From Epiperipatus broadwayi (lineage: Eukaryota; Animalia; Onychophora), in assembly GCA_028023455.1 (NCBI GenBank), contig JAQFVV010000005.1:17236001-17300000 (forward strand): 64,000 bases of DNA, read 5' to 3'. Positions 40,531 to 55,780 of this stretch are shown piece after piece. A program made the translations under genes and the position numbers. Below the pieces are notes generated by a model that saw only the letters and a program-made list of their open reading frames with translations, was not told the DNA's origin and did not search any database. Each line of letters begins with the position of its first letter. Position 1 is the first letter of the stretch.

Positions 40531-43500
40531 CCAGTCAACAATGATTTTGCTTCTGACAAAAAAAAAAATGCTATAAACTAAATAAGTATCATGCCATGTC
40601 TTCAAATATATATATTGCCTTGTTGTCTTTTCTCTAATTTATGTGATGAAGCTGATGTGTATGTGTATTTGATTTTTATACACACACACACGCGCACACA
40701 TATATATACAAATGTAGAAACGTTCAGAGAGAGAAAAAGTTATAAACAAAAATATTAAAGATACATTCTTGTAAGTTGAAATTAAAAGCTATAGTAATTA
40801 ATTAAAAAGATTAAAAGCTAAAATAAACGATAGTTTAATTAATGCAGTAGATTGTTGAAGCAAATTAAATAATTAAAAGGAATTCTAAGTAGATTCTTTT
40901 CAATAATGACAATATACTAAATCAATATTTAATTAAAGTAGAAGAATAATTAATTATCGTCGAGCAAGGAAAGAATAATCTGATTGGATGTACAGTAATC
41001 AGCCAATCATCTCCGGAAATTAAATAATAATGACAGCGCCCAGTTCTGAGGGATCAGGCCACTTTATTCTTGGAGTTCTACCTGTGTGTATGGATTGCAG
41101 TTAAGCAAGTGTTTCCGTTTGGTGTGACTTCAAGTGTGGACTGCTGGTGACTGAACGTCTCAAGAGTCAGCTAAGGGTTTAAACAGGTTGTACCGATCTT
41201 CATTATTATTTTGTCTATGCCTTCGGGTCCAATGATATAATAACTGTATAATTATTAAATCTCCTTGATTGATCATATATATAAGCATTGATACAAATTA
41301 AACCGTATTTCATTATAGTCACTCGTGGTAGTGCATAGAAATCAATATCACTCGTGGTAGTACTTGATTTAGATATTAGTACACTCGTGGAAGTGTATCT
41401 TTATATAGCTGGACATAGCAGAAGTCATGATAGATTTTATGAAAAGTTTTCTGTAGTATAAGGATAACAATTTATTGCTATTTGTGACACTATATACATA
41501 AATACAGAATCATTGCAATAATAATCAAGTGCTATATTACCCCTTGGTTCCTGGATCTCATTGTCTAAGTTCTCCAACTGAGTTTGGTGGAGAATTTAAC
41601 ACATGTTTACTGAACACCATAAAAATGAAAGCAATTCTCTAAAGTACTTTATTGAGCTTGACGTCATGCTTTATCTGAAAAATACTGGACTCTGCTATAA
41701 CATTTATTTGGCTGTGCATAAAGAACAAATGAAATTACACGACCATAGAGAAAGTCTTGATTTACTGATATTTATCTTTATTTCATATTTGACTTACATG
41801 TTTAGAGACCATCAATTTTCAATAAACAATCAAGATTTGTATCAATCTTCAAGTCCTCATTGAGTAATATTTAATAAACTAGTCTGATTATAAAAATGTC
41901 TAGCATTAGAATGACACCATTGTAGAAACTTTTAAATATTAATTGACCCCAAACTTCAAGAAAATCTTTGGGGATTTGAATTTTCTGAATAATAAGTAAT
42001 CAGAAAGCTTTTAAATTGAGACAGAAACCAACAACAAACCACATTCTGAGATATAGCCCTTTGGATAAAATAATATATTGTCATTATAACAGAATATAGC
42101 TCAGCTTCCATTAAGATTTTAAATATGGTTTGTGCACACAAATTATTAAAACTATAGAACACTTCATATTTTATAAATTTTCAATATGACCCCTGTTTGT
42201 TGCATTACTGTTTGCATAATTCTTACAAATGCATTTCTGGTAAATAGACACACCATTATAAAAAAAATAATCTCAGTTCTTTGTATAGCTCATAAATGCT
42301 TTGGCACCTAAAATTCAGATCTATGTATTCTTTACAATAGGAAAGTGACAGGGCATCATCTTAATAGTCAATCTTGTAATACACCAACTGTAGCTTTAAT
42401 CATTTTATCATCCCATATAACACATGATCAAGAATAAAGATTTGTAAATGTCTGTGTATGACCTTGAATAGAACGTTGGTCTGTTATGTGAAGAAAAATG
42501 TTTACTCCATTCTGTACCTATACCAAATGCGTAGAAATCCTATTAATCATTCCTCTATCTGAAAATATTATAGATCTCAGTAAACCTATTTATTTTTTCT
42601 CCTCTAGCAATCTATAGCCATCAAGTCATACTACTAAAGCCAATACATTTAATTATGAAGAATATATCAGAATTGCAATATTTAGTAAAGTATATTATTG
42701 ATATGTTCAATCTGCAGCAGAATTACCATCGAACAATATTTGATAATTCATCTTTTTCAATTAATATACTCCATATTAGGGTTAAAATAAAAAAATTACA
42801 ATCTGTATAAAAAATAACATCGCTGAGGCAATTTCATTCTAAGAGAATTATAAAGTTATTGGAATAGTCTCTAAAGCATTCTGAAATCCACACCCTAAGT
42901 ACAGTACATCCAATATGCAAAACAACAAACATGATGTTTGTTTTTTTAACACTATTTTTAAAATTTAAGTATTACATTTTAAAAAGGCTTTTTTTAAAAT
43001 TGAAGATATTCATGTGTTTGGGAAAAAGGATTCATATTCTGTTTTCATCTAATTTATAATAAGACCATTTTATTTTGTAAGAAATAATTAAACCAAACCA
43101 TGAAAGATAAAATAACATGCATGCATAATATACAAAAATAACAACAAAAGCAAAAATAAAGTAATTTTTTAAAAATAATACAGAAATGATATAATTCATG
43201 ATGATCTATGATCAGTTTCTAGCCATCTTATGTTCAAGAAAGTTATCCCATCTAGTACTAAAAACAAGCTACAGAGGATATTAAGCTCACTGCACAACAG
43301 TTCCATTCAAATGATTCAATTGTTTAAACATCAATCCAGAAATATTTAGCTGTTATGTCGGTTCCTTTACTAGAGCACTAAAATGTATTAAAGCTCTTTT
43401 TTTGTTGTAGAGATGGCAAATAGGATTTCTTTGAAATTAATATTATGAATCTTATACTGTCAGAGTTTAGAATTCAGAAGTTATCTGTTATATAATATCC

Positions 43501-46500
43501 AATAATTTATTCACTATAAATTTCTGGAAGGCACTAAGCATTAAAAAAAACATCTCATTCTATCAATATACCTTAATCAGACAAAACCACACAATAATAA
43601 TTATATTAGTATGTCAAACAAATTTAACTTTTAATATCGTAGTAAGCAAAACAGAAATACATAATGCAGAATCAAATGAATTTATTTTTCTAGAAAAAGG
43701 ATTGAATTTTTAAAAGCGATATTGTTTACAGAAATATGGCAAAATAACATAACTTTCAAGTTTTGAAAAATTCCATAACTCATCATTGCTTTATTTTTTT
43801 TAATGAAACAAAAACTAGATTTTTGAGAAATAATATAGAAAAAGAAGTTAAATAAGCATATATTGGAAAATAGATAGATATAATTCCTATAAGTAACATA
43901 ATTTACAATAGGTGACTTGGAAAAGCCTTTGAATTCTCCCAAAAATATGCATTCAATTTTTGGTTAGGAAATGTAACATCATTTTTCAACAAAACTAATT
44001 ATTAGACAATCAGAAATTTAATTGCATATTTAGAATAAAACCATGTTCCATTATTTTTGAAGAGAATAGAGAAGTAAAACTATATAAGGGAAAGTGACAT
44101 TATCAAAAATCATTAAAAATTATGAACAATATAATGATAAACTACATGGAAAGTAAACCTCAGGTTTTATAACTCAAAATCTCTACATCTATTATCTGTA
44201 ACTGTGTGCGTATATCACATTAGTTATGATATTTAAAAAACCATAGTTAAAGCGAAGTATAGTAATCAAAAACTTGCAGATTTTTTATATTTTTGTTTAT
44301 AATAATCTTGGATTTTAATGTTATAAATAACAAAACAAAAACAGTTAAAATATGCATAGATGATAAATAAGACTTCACTGTATTTAGAAATTTAAAAAAA
44401 AAAAGAATTATTGAAACAATTTTTCTAATCAAAAAAAGAGTCTCTCTTAAGGCATTCAGGCTAAACTTTACAATTATAATATTTTACCCATTAACTAACA
44501 ACCCAGTAGCAGCCAATGAATGAATAACTAATTTCTCTTGGCTGAAGAAAGTCCCATGCAAAAGATTACAATATAACCACAATTGTGTGGCTTCTGAACA
44601 CTAGTTCAATTTCAGATTTCAAATAATTTAAAATTTTTCTGATTCAAAAAATATCACTTGACAATCCTTTACTTAAATTATTTTCTTTGAAAGAAAGCAA
44701 TAAAACATCTGGAAATAGATCAAAAATTAATTTCTCTTTAAAAATAAAAAAAATTAAGGCAGCTTTACAGATAAGTTTTCTTTTATTTATGCATATATGT
44801 CACCATGAATGACTAAAAATTATCAGTGATATATATCATTAATTAAATAACAAATAAATATACAATAATATTACCTATGTTCATTTTATATCTCCAGACA
44901 TTTTCACAATCTTTTAAGTGACAACCAGCCAATCTCTATTAGACATATGTTTCTGATAATAATTGATATCATCAGCTGACAGCAAAGTAATCAAAACCTA
45001 CTAAACATAGCAATGCAATTTTGATATAATCTCAGTCAAGAAAACATCAGGAGAAGATTTAACTTAAATTTAATAGTAATGTTATTTACGGATTTAAGTC
45101 TTGTTTAATTAATTATTCATATAATTGTTTTTTAAAAGTAAGATTGTTTACAAATAAATTTAATTAAAAACTCAGCCTTATCTATTAAATCTTTAATTAA
45201 ATGACTCATAAATTTATATTTAAATGTTGATATCAAATTTAGTGTTGTGATTGAGATTATATGGAAAGGTCTCAACTAATTTCTGGGCTGCTGCTGATAT
45301 CTGGTAATGACAGAAATACACCCAGCAAAGATTGGTTGGCTTTCTCATTAAACACTGCTATTTGAAAGATCACAAAAATTTCTACAGAAGGCATAATTTA
45401 AAAATTATATTAGTAATATTATTATATATATCTTGGTAAAAAATTGTAATTTTTCAATAGTTAATTAGTAAGAGCTCAAACACTTTAATTTGTGTTATAC
45501 TTGAATTTTTGGGAGCATAGATTAAGCAATATATAATTAACTTTCAACACACTTGGAATTTATGTAACTGATCAGATTCAGTGACCTGATATGCATTTTT
45601 TTTGCTTTTAAATCTATATAAGATTGCAATTATCGTTCAGGGTAAAATCAACAAATTCTTGTCAAATAAGCTATAAGTTCAAAATAATAGTCTAATTCTT
45701 CTTATATTTACATACTGTAGCTGCAATTTTATTGATTTAAAGTTTGTGATTAACTATGAATTTATTCACACTTTAAAATCAAACAAATTGTAGATAAAAT
45801 GAGTCTGTTCTTGGAGAGAATATTACATGTTTAAATCTCTGGCTTGACTGATGAGGATAGGTTGATATCTGTATCACATGTAAAGGCTGATCTGAATTTT
45901 AATTCTGGATAACTGTTAAGATCTTATATATATATTTAAAAGAAAAAGAAAAGCATTAAAAATTCTTTAATCTGATTGATTATATATTTATGTATTATTG
46001 ATATTTTCCCAGGATTCACCTCCGATACATGCACATTCTATTTTAATTCATATAATAAAAATATTTATAAAATACTAAAACAAAATACTATGTAAAGTTG
46101 AGAACACTTAGATGCTATTATTATAACCTGTGTAATTTAAACATGCTAATATGTAATTTTAAGATTCTCTATTTAAATGCTAAATTTTGTTTATGAAGAA
46201 TCTAAAGTGCTACCATCTACAGACATAACTTAATTTTACACAATTTAAAAAATACAACATTATTAGACTACGAATACAAAAATGTCTAATATAGGATATT
46301 CTACTTAAAAAACAAAAAATAAAAAAAAATTACAGTTACGCTTTACCCTTTTAATTGCCAATGGCCTTCCCCACCAGATGAAAAGATTGAATGTCCTGTT
46401 AACTAATTCAATGAGCAAAAGAAGGACAGAAATGGAGGAAACAAATAACTATACTGACTACTAAGATTTTACAAGGTTCATCTACAAATAGGGGGAAAAG

Positions 46501-46646
46501 AAAAGAGTTCTAAGGCATCTAATAGAACTCACGTTTTTATGTATTCATTCAGTGGTCTCAACCTTCTGCTTACAGGACCATCATGGTGCACATCTGAGAA
46601 TACTTGCCTCAGGAGAAAAAGACTGATTACTAAGAACTCAACTTAC

Positions 46647-47025
46647 CTATTTGTGGAACCACTCTTGATGGGTAAACTTCCTTATCACTCAGGTTCTCTT
46701 CCACTTCTATTGTTTCTCCTTCTTTGAGCTCAGAATCTGACATTCTGTGCTTACCCTCTCTCATATCTTTTCCTCGTCCTCTCATGGGACTTCCTCTTTG
46801 GCCATCTGCTTTGTTCATCATTTCTTGATTCTTGAGATTTTTATCTCGCTCTTTGGAATCCATTCGAGCTCCAGGTATTCTTCCACCAGCTTGTTGGCTC
46901 ATAGATCTCTCCTGAATGGCAACAGAATCTCCTAGTTTCTGGCTAGTCTGACCCTGAGTTTGTCCAGAAGGAGGCTGACCAGGTTTAGAAGCTTGGACCT
47001 GCATCACTTGATTGCTAAAACCCAC
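46647..47025 (-). CDS. Rbp: RIM-binding protein exon VGFSNQ...EENLSDKEVYPSRVVPQI
   Basis: tttttcctatag|GTG acceptor, G|gtaagt donor, 379 nt, phase 0 to 1. Joining to the next exon gives VPQI-E-ITKD. Confidence 0.85.
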
Positions 47026-49544
47026 CTATAGGAAAAATATATACACAGTAAAAATGCAACAGTGGTAAATAATGAAGTATATATATGGATTTCAATTACA
47101 AAAAAAAAAAAAAAGATGTTTTGCAATATGTAAACTATAATATCTAATGCTAAATAGTATACTAATAAGCACTGTTTTTATGGCAGAATATAATTACACA
47201 GAATTAAATAAACAGTTATAAGGATAGCTAGTAAGCTATTAAATAAAAAATTCTTATTAGCTATCACTTCATTATGCACATATAAGAAAACATACATACT
47301 GGTAGTGGATTCTTCATTAATGGAAACATTGTGACTGATTTTTTAAAAAAGTAAATCAATTTTAATTATTTATTTATAACTTTTATGCATAATAATGTTT
47401 GTAAAATTAAACCATTTAAGTTAGAATGTCATTTATTATCTCACCCTAATCTTTTTTGTTGAAATTCAATATCATCATTTGATTATCTTAGATTAATCTG
47501 GCATCTTTATTGTCTAATTAACCACAGTTAGATACCCAATTATTGGCTAATATTAGATAGCTAGTTAAGTTGCCTATGGATGGGTTACTAACTAAAAAAA
47601 TCCTAAATATATTTTTGATGTGATTAAATTGTAACTGAGTGTTCAAGAGAATTGTTGCTTTAATATACATGCATACACATAATTTATTAATCCACTTCAA
47701 AAGGAAAGTATTTTTGAATTTAAGCTAGTTCCCCTGTTCATAGCTTCTCCATATTGTTTATCCATTTCACATATGGTGTTTTTCTTGGGGTCTAATTCAG
47801 AATTTAACCTGTTCATATACTGTCATCCCTTTCTTACAAAATGTCCACATCATTTCAGCTTTTCAATGCTATTAGTTTGTTCTCTGACCCATGTCCATAA
47901 CTTTGCTGTGAAGTCTCTATATATCTTCACTAAGTATTCAAATCTCATACTCACTAATAAGCACTGATAAATACATTTACTAAAAAGTATTCCTTCCAAG
48001 TTCAGCACATAATTCCATTTAATATTAATCTACTTCATCATAAGCACTTTGACCAAGTTCAATTCTATAATTAATTTCATCCACTGTGTTTTCAGCAGAA
48101 TTAATAATTTGAGCAAGATGTTTACAGAAATTATTTTTTTCTAGCTCACTACTATCTATCTTTATTTTATGCTTTTTTAAAAAGCCACTCCAATGTTCCT
48201 ACTTCAAATTAACGCAATATGAAAACAATTATACATCTATAAATTCTAAACAGCTTACATAATCTCTATTTATTTCTACCTTCTTTACTTTCTATTTTAA
48301 TCTACAAATTATTTTCTGTAAAGCCACTATCACATTTAAATCCAGTTTGTTTTTTTCATTGGCATTTATTTTCGGCAGACAATTTCTAATCATCTTAAAA
48401 AAGATATATTTACGATTTAGACATTTGATATATAATTTTATCCTCAAAATTGGAAAAAAAATCAATATCTTTATGTTGTTCTTCCATAAAATAATAAATT
48501 CTTAAATAATTATATGAATATTTACAAGACTTCTAAAAATTTGGTTAATTAAAAATGGATGGAAAATTATATAAATTGACATATATATATATAATTGTAA
48601 CAAATGTATACAATTTATTTTATTTATTGTATTGTTATGATATAGTCAATTAGTTTGTAATTACTGGATTTTTATATGCAGGTTTTGATTTTTTTTTTTT
48701 TAATGATTTATATTGTTATTCTTTGTTTTAATTTCATTATTGAACACTAAATGGTTTTATGTCTGAAATAGTTGGTTAATGTAATAGGGTATTAACATTT
48801 GAAAAGGGCCCCAAATCAGGTGCGGAAAAATACTTTTTATGTATATTAAAAAAATTTGATATTTATATAGTTGTTGTGAAGAATTTATTATTATCTGATT
48901 ATTATTATAATTTTATCCATATAGTGTTTATTTTATTTTGGCATCTGCTTCGTTTAAAATATACAAAATAATTCCATTATTTTTTAGAACTTTTCTGTGC
49001 TTCATACATTCAATTGCATGCCCCACTTCATTTAATTTATATATGAATGTCCTTTTTGGATTCATCTCTATGGGTATTTGCCATTGTTTGGTTAACAGCG
49101 ATTGAGCTGTACTCAGTAATGGCAGATGAGATCCAATCAAAACATCAATGCTGTTATATTAAAAGTGAGCAACCATATACACAGATACAAAACTTTTTAA
49201 AGTTCCATAATTCTGCTACCAACCTCTCACTCCAGTCATGGTTAGGTTTGTTTTTCTAATTTGTATGTTTGCATACAAATTTTATTCAATTTAATTTACT
49301 ATAGTAGTAGTATCATTGTAGATGGTCTGCAGTCGTTTTAAAGGGAAATAATTTGTATGTATTTACAAAAAATAAAGGATCTTTACTTACAATATATTTT
49401 ATACATGCAGATACATTTCACCAACTTATATAGAACAGAATCAATTCTCAATGCAAATAATGGCACTACAAATTAATCAGATGTTCCCATTATTTAGTCC
49501 AACAGCTATTGGTGCATACGTATACATGCCCACATACACAACTC

Positions 49545-50150
49545 TCTGGAGAAGTTAAAAATATTATTTGCAGACTATCAAGATGAATGCTATTCGTTCA
49601 CATTCTTACACCTATATAAAATAGCTTTCTGGGCTTAAATCCATTTCACAACTTGGGTTTGAAATTAAAAAGCATCTCCTTTTTCTTCAACAATAAACCC
49701 CAACAATAGAGAAAACTTATTTAGCCCACAAAGATTGTCAATTAGTAATAATTGATAGTTTCCTGGGAAGATCTAAGGCAATAATTATCTGTTTACGTGG
49801 ATAAAATCTTATTTCTATTCTTTATTAGAATAACAATCCATAGAAAATATTCAATTCAACTCTGGAAAAGATTAAAATATTATTTGCAGAATGTCTAGAA
49901 AGATGCTATTCTTTCACATTCTTACATCTATATTTAATAACCCCCTTTTACTACAATAATAAAATCCCAACAAAAGAGCTATTACAGGTTAATGGAGAAA
50001 ACTTATTTACTCTCAGAGTGATTGTCAATTAGTAGTAACTGATAGTTTCCTGGCAACATCAAAGGCAAAGATTATCTCTATTTACATGGATGAAATCTCA
50101 TTATTTCTGTTTTTTATGAGAAAAACAATCCATGGAAAATATTTAATTCA
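49545..50150. repeat. Diverged tandem duplication, about 316-bp period
   Basis: tctgga.aag.t.aaaatattatttgcaga...tcacattcttaca and gattgtca.ttagta.taa.tgatagtttcctgg recur at about 49545 and 49861. Confidence 0.7.
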
Positions 50151-53100
50151 ACATATATATGTGTGTATATATATACATTATAGATGATATATAATTATTT
50201 TTGATAATAAATTTGACTTAAAAACAATATTATAGGAATTTCAAATCTAAGAAATATAATATCTGGTTCATATTTGTCAGTGAAGCACAGGTAGATGTTC
50301 ATCAGGTAATTATATGAAAAAGGGTCAACAAAATGAAACGATTTATGTTTATAAATTAAAAGCCAAAAATAAACCCAAACTTGAGAAATAGCTGATGAAA
50401 CTGCAGAAATACTGACCCAATGATATATATGACTAGATGGGCTTAAAATAATAGGAGGAGAAAAAGGGGGAATGTTAAATAAGTATTTGAAAAACAAACT
50501 GTAAACATTAGTACAACTTATAAGACCAGTGGATATATTTATTCTCAAATAAATAGATTTGAATAAAATAACAAACAATAAAAGAAAGTGTTAATTTTTT
50601 GTTTTTGTCAGTGCATCCCCCCTCTCAATTACACTACATTGCAACCATTAACCAATACAAAAACACGAATCATTTTTTCTTACCAGGCATGCATTATACA
50701 AACAACCATTGCTCACCAGGCAGCTAGAAATATCAAACATTTGAATCTGCATTTTCATGTTAACACCTCTAATATTTTTCTTTATACTACTCTCACACAA
50801 GGTAGGAATATGATTTAAATAATCTCTACTGTTTAATTTTATTGAAATAATTAAGTTGACAATTATGAAATAGAAAATGATAACAGATAAAAGTTGAAGT
50901 GATGCTTCACATATTGAAGTGGCTAAATTGATGAAATAGGAAATGCCATAAAGTAACCATTTTAAAAAGAAATGAATATTATTTAATTATTTCTTCAACA
51001 TTTTAGAATTTTATTTAAGCAAAAATAATCAATAGATTATAGTTGGCAATAACAACAGATTCTTGTGATTAAGTTCTGATTAACTAGATTTCTTCTGGTA
51101 AAGCTAATTCATCAAAAATTGATTTGAACTGTCATTAAGTGTCTTTTGATTACTTAGGCATATTTAATTTGATTTTAAAATAAGGAGAGATTGCTACAGT
51201 ATAATGCAAATTAAGTAAAAATATTAATGAGTGAAAAGTTTTATGGTAAGACACAGGCTTTATTACATAGTTAAATCAGAAAAAAATTTATTTTAAACTT
51301 TGAGAATATATATATGACAATATTAATACATGTGATTAAATAATAAAAATAATGGGAGATACATTTTTCTTAATAGAATTTGATCTGGTTTAATAATGAA
51401 TTCCTTATGTATAAAAAAATTCTATTTATGGAAGATAAAATCAAACTAAGGAAATATTAGTGATATGCAAGACTCAAAGGCTACCATTTAAGATATATAA
51501 ATATGCACAAAACAGATACTTAAGAGTTTTGAATGTGTGCAAGAAATGTAATATAGGAATGAAAAAATGGTTTACCAATTTAGATAATATAGACTTTCAA
51601 CTAGGATTTCTTTAGAGAAAATGTTAGATAAAAAACAAATAGTATGATTGAAACAGTTTAGACAAATAATAAATAAATTAGAAACAGGTGGAACAAAACC
51701 TAAAGTAAAATTAAAATCTCTAGATGGAAAGTATAATGAAATTTTAAAAATAATACACAAGCAACATAAGGATGAAATATATACTAAAGTGAAAATATAA
51801 ATGATATTATGCTGATTCATCAATGTAAAATTAATAGTACTAATGTAATTTCAGCTAGATTAATGCGATGTGATCCAGCAAAAATGTTGGTACATTAAAA
51901 AAAAAAAAATGTTGGTACATTAATATTATGAATCATACACAGATGTACTCAGATTATATCCAATTTATCCCACAAAAATCTTAATTTTAAAATGAAAATA
52001 TTTATACAGATAAAATTAAAACTTTTATACAAATGCTGGGGAAAAAAGCCAACAACAATAAAATTGTGAAACCATTTTGATAAGGAATTCATTAGAGGAT
52101 ATAGAAATATTTTTAAAAAGACAAAAACCAAAAGTGTTGATATATTTATCTAAAGGAAGAATTCATCACCTAGTGTCAATAATGTATTACAGGGTGCACA
52201 ATTAATCTATAGGATCCACTAGATCTGATAATGAAAGAATATTAAGATTTAATTAATAGTTTGAAAAATGAGAAAAAAAAAGTTATCATGGGTGAATTGT
52301 TACTAAGATTGAGTTTGAATATAATTTTTCCTATTTATTAAACTTATGATCCTTTTATTAAAAACAAAATGAAGGAAATAAGTATTATGATGTATGATTT
52401 ATAATAATATTTATGTTTCAGGCAACTTCTAAGGAGAGGAAGTAGAGCTTAGAAATATAGCAATTTTAGAAAGAGGAACAATGACATAGACTTTATGAAG
52501 GATAGAGTATTTTTTTCATTTAGTAACATTTATACTACCTAGAAGAAAAAAAAAAATAAAGATATTTCTTTCAGAGATGTGTGAGAAAGTGAGAAGGAAA
52601 TAAATTGCAAAAGCAAGCATTTAACTACCAAATATAAATATGTTGTGGAAAAATTGATTAAAATTGAATATATAAATATATGAGGGAGTAAAAGATCAGA
52701 AAAGTGGTGTGAATTAAAAAAGATAATTAATAATAGAAGTCTAGCAATTTTTAAGATATGTCTAAAAAATCATTTTTTGGAAAATTTATACTAAGAGTAG
52801 AAAATAGGAGAGAAAAAGAAAATCAGAATGGGAGTACAGGATGCACATTGATTATGAGGAACATTGCAGTGTGTCCAGATTATTATTCCATTTGTCTGCA
52901 GCACCAACTTTAAATCAATGCATGTGTTACATAATAATATACTTTAACTATTCACCATAAAAGTTTTAAGGTGTTAGTGTGTCTAGCTCATGAGTTACGG
53001 AATGAAATGTGACAATGTTTTTTGTACCTTGATCTATCGTCTTCAATATGCTCCCTGCCATAATGAAATCTTGCAAACCATTTGAAAATGTTCTTGTGAT

Positions 53101-53349
53101 TCATGATTTCACTGCCATATAAAGTTGAAATCATTTCAAACATTCCAGTAACAATTTAATATTAAAGTTATTGTTCCATCATGAGTTAAGATATGAAACA
53201 CAGATCACATTTCATAATGTAATTTGTGATCAAGATAGACAAGCAGTTAAAATTTTATGGTGAATAATTAAACTATGTCACTGCACAACACATACTTTGA
53301 TTCAGAAATAGCATTGAAGGTAGCTTGGAAAGGAAACCAGTTACTAATA

Positions 53350-55780
53350 ATCATTTAGTCTGAGATAAAATTAGAAAATCAGAAGTAAATGTTGATGAAT
53401 ATATGACTATAGGAGTAATCAACTTGTAATATGATGGAACCTCTAGAATTTATGATTAATTGATTAGGAACTTATAGATATTTAAGGAAAAAGTGAAGAA
53501 AATACTAATTGTAAGATATATAAATGAACATATTAGACAAACTGATGGCTATAGAAAAGGGGTCAATTATTAAAATCTTGTGTTGGAGATCAAGTTTGAA
53601 TATTGGAAATTTATCAAATATATCAGTAGACAATACGCTTTATTTAAAAATAATTTGGGTTAAAAAATAGATTATGTATTAATAGATAAAGAGATAATGA
53701 ATAAAGTATGGGCAATCAAAGTTTATAAAGAAAACGTGACAACAGATATGGTTAAAAGTGAATGAGAAGCAATAATAAATATAATATAGAAGGATGATAT
53801 AGTTAGAATAAAAATGATAAAAATATATTGGATGAACATTTGGATTTGGAACAAAATATAAAAGATTTTTCTGGATACAATTAGAAGAATTGGTATTATG
53901 AAGAAGAAAAGTGATAAATTTTTGGGTAAAAGTGCTCGTAAGATTAATCATAAGAAAAAATTTAGAATCACCAAAAGCATATAAAAGAAAAAGAAAGGAT
54001 GCAGACAATCAAAACATACTGTAAAATATAAAAAAAGTGAAAATGAAATTAACATTAAATAAAAAAAATTATTTAAATAAAAGAAAGTTGGCTAAAATTA
54101 GAGGGAGATTAACAAATAAATTACTAGAAGACATATTAGTAAACTGGAAAAAAAATATAAAATGGTCAAAATATAAAAAATCGATACATAATGGGAAATA
54201 AATGTATTATTTATTGAAAAGAACAAAGAATTTAATTATACAAAAAAAATTCAAGTGATATTAAACAATTACTAAATGAGAAGGAAAATGAGAAACTAAT
54301 TATAAAGGAAATAATTATATTTATAGATTGTGGTCAGTAGTGAGATGATGTACTTGGGAGTTAAGAAGAAATCAGTTTTAATAAAATATTTTATATAATA
54401 CATGGGACAGAAGTTTCAGATAATTGAAAAAATGTAAGAGTGAATTACAGACCACTTAAGATTAACTTCAGAGGTCTATAAAGTATTTGTTTATATGAAG
54501 GTTGAAAAAATAATTAAAAGGATAGAAAAAAATGAATCATTAGGAAAGATGCAGAAGATCTTTCCCATTATATTCTTTTCTATCCTTTATAGATGCAGAG
54601 AAAGTTTATAACAGTATGAATAGAAATGGATTGTGAATTTATTTGTCAGATATGAAAATGAATGGAACATTATTGGAACAAATTAATAAATAATATGAAA
54701 ATAATTATTGTTCTTGACATTTAAAAAATAAGAATCAATAGAATTAAAAGTATTCCAGACTTCAAATAGGGATATTCTAGATAATCTATATTGTTTTTAT
54801 TACCTTTTAAACGAATGAAGTTAGCAATAAAAAAATAGATTCAAAGAACAATAAGGATTGTGTATGTTAACAGTCTTTTATTTGCTGATAATATATTCTT
54901 ATATGCAGAAAATAAGAAAGATATGACGTACTTTTGGGGGCTTGGGCAAAGATTATTAAAAAATGAAGATTAAACTTACAAACCTGACAAAATATCAGAG
55001 TATCCTCGCCAACATCTTACTTTTAAGCAACAAATCTATTTATCCTAACTCTAGCTCTGGTCCTTAATGTAAGCTTGAATAGTCAATAGATATCCTATGG
55101 TAGTTTTAATAACTCTTTATCCAATGCTGCCTTATCTATATCAAACTACTTTCTGATTGAGTTTTGTATCTAGTGAACCTGAATTTTTTCCATCTAATAC
55201 AACTTTCCTCTAGCAGCCATGCTTCACCAAACAATGTAAGCAAGTTAGTTTAGTTTCAAAACATTAAGGTAGTTTTAAATTGCAGGCTGATAGCTCGAAA
55301 AAAAAAAAAGCACAAAAGATTCTGGAGGAAAGGTGCATTAGATTTCCGACACAAAGTTCTTCACTAATAAAAATTATAAAATAGTCTGGGGATATGAATA
55401 GGAATTTATTAAACTACTATTATCTGGCATCTATTGATTACTCAAAACTTACACTAATTGACAAAACTGGAGGAGAAATAGATTTGTTATTTAACATTAA
55501 ATTTAATGAAGAAAAATAATGATAGTAAATGCCAGAGAAACAGAAGAAAAAGATGGAAAGTAAATATGTAGGATAATAAATATAGTTAGTAATTACTCTG
55601 AATAATCAAAAAGATCATTTGGATGATGAGAAGAAAAAAACCGGATGGAATTGGTATAATAGGCAAGAATTATGTGAAAGGATGATGCACTGTGTATTTG
55701 TAAAAGTATATTAGATAAATAAGAGAAAATTCAACCGAAATAAAAACAAATTTTGGATATGACTATGCAAACAACAAATG
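53350..55780 (+). mobile_element. Old degenerate copy of the same LINE family, interrupted at about 54970-55500
   Basis: Blocks match the 17.4-20.6 kb element: atagattatgtattaataga (53667), tttgctgataatatattc (54880), aatcaaaaagatcatttggatga (55604). Boundaries approximate. Confidence 0.55.

Noticed and set aside
50195-53990. Short hydrophobic or Lys/Ile-rich ORFs in the ORF track
   Set aside because: Expected by chance in very AT-rich intron sequence; no splice signals or domains.
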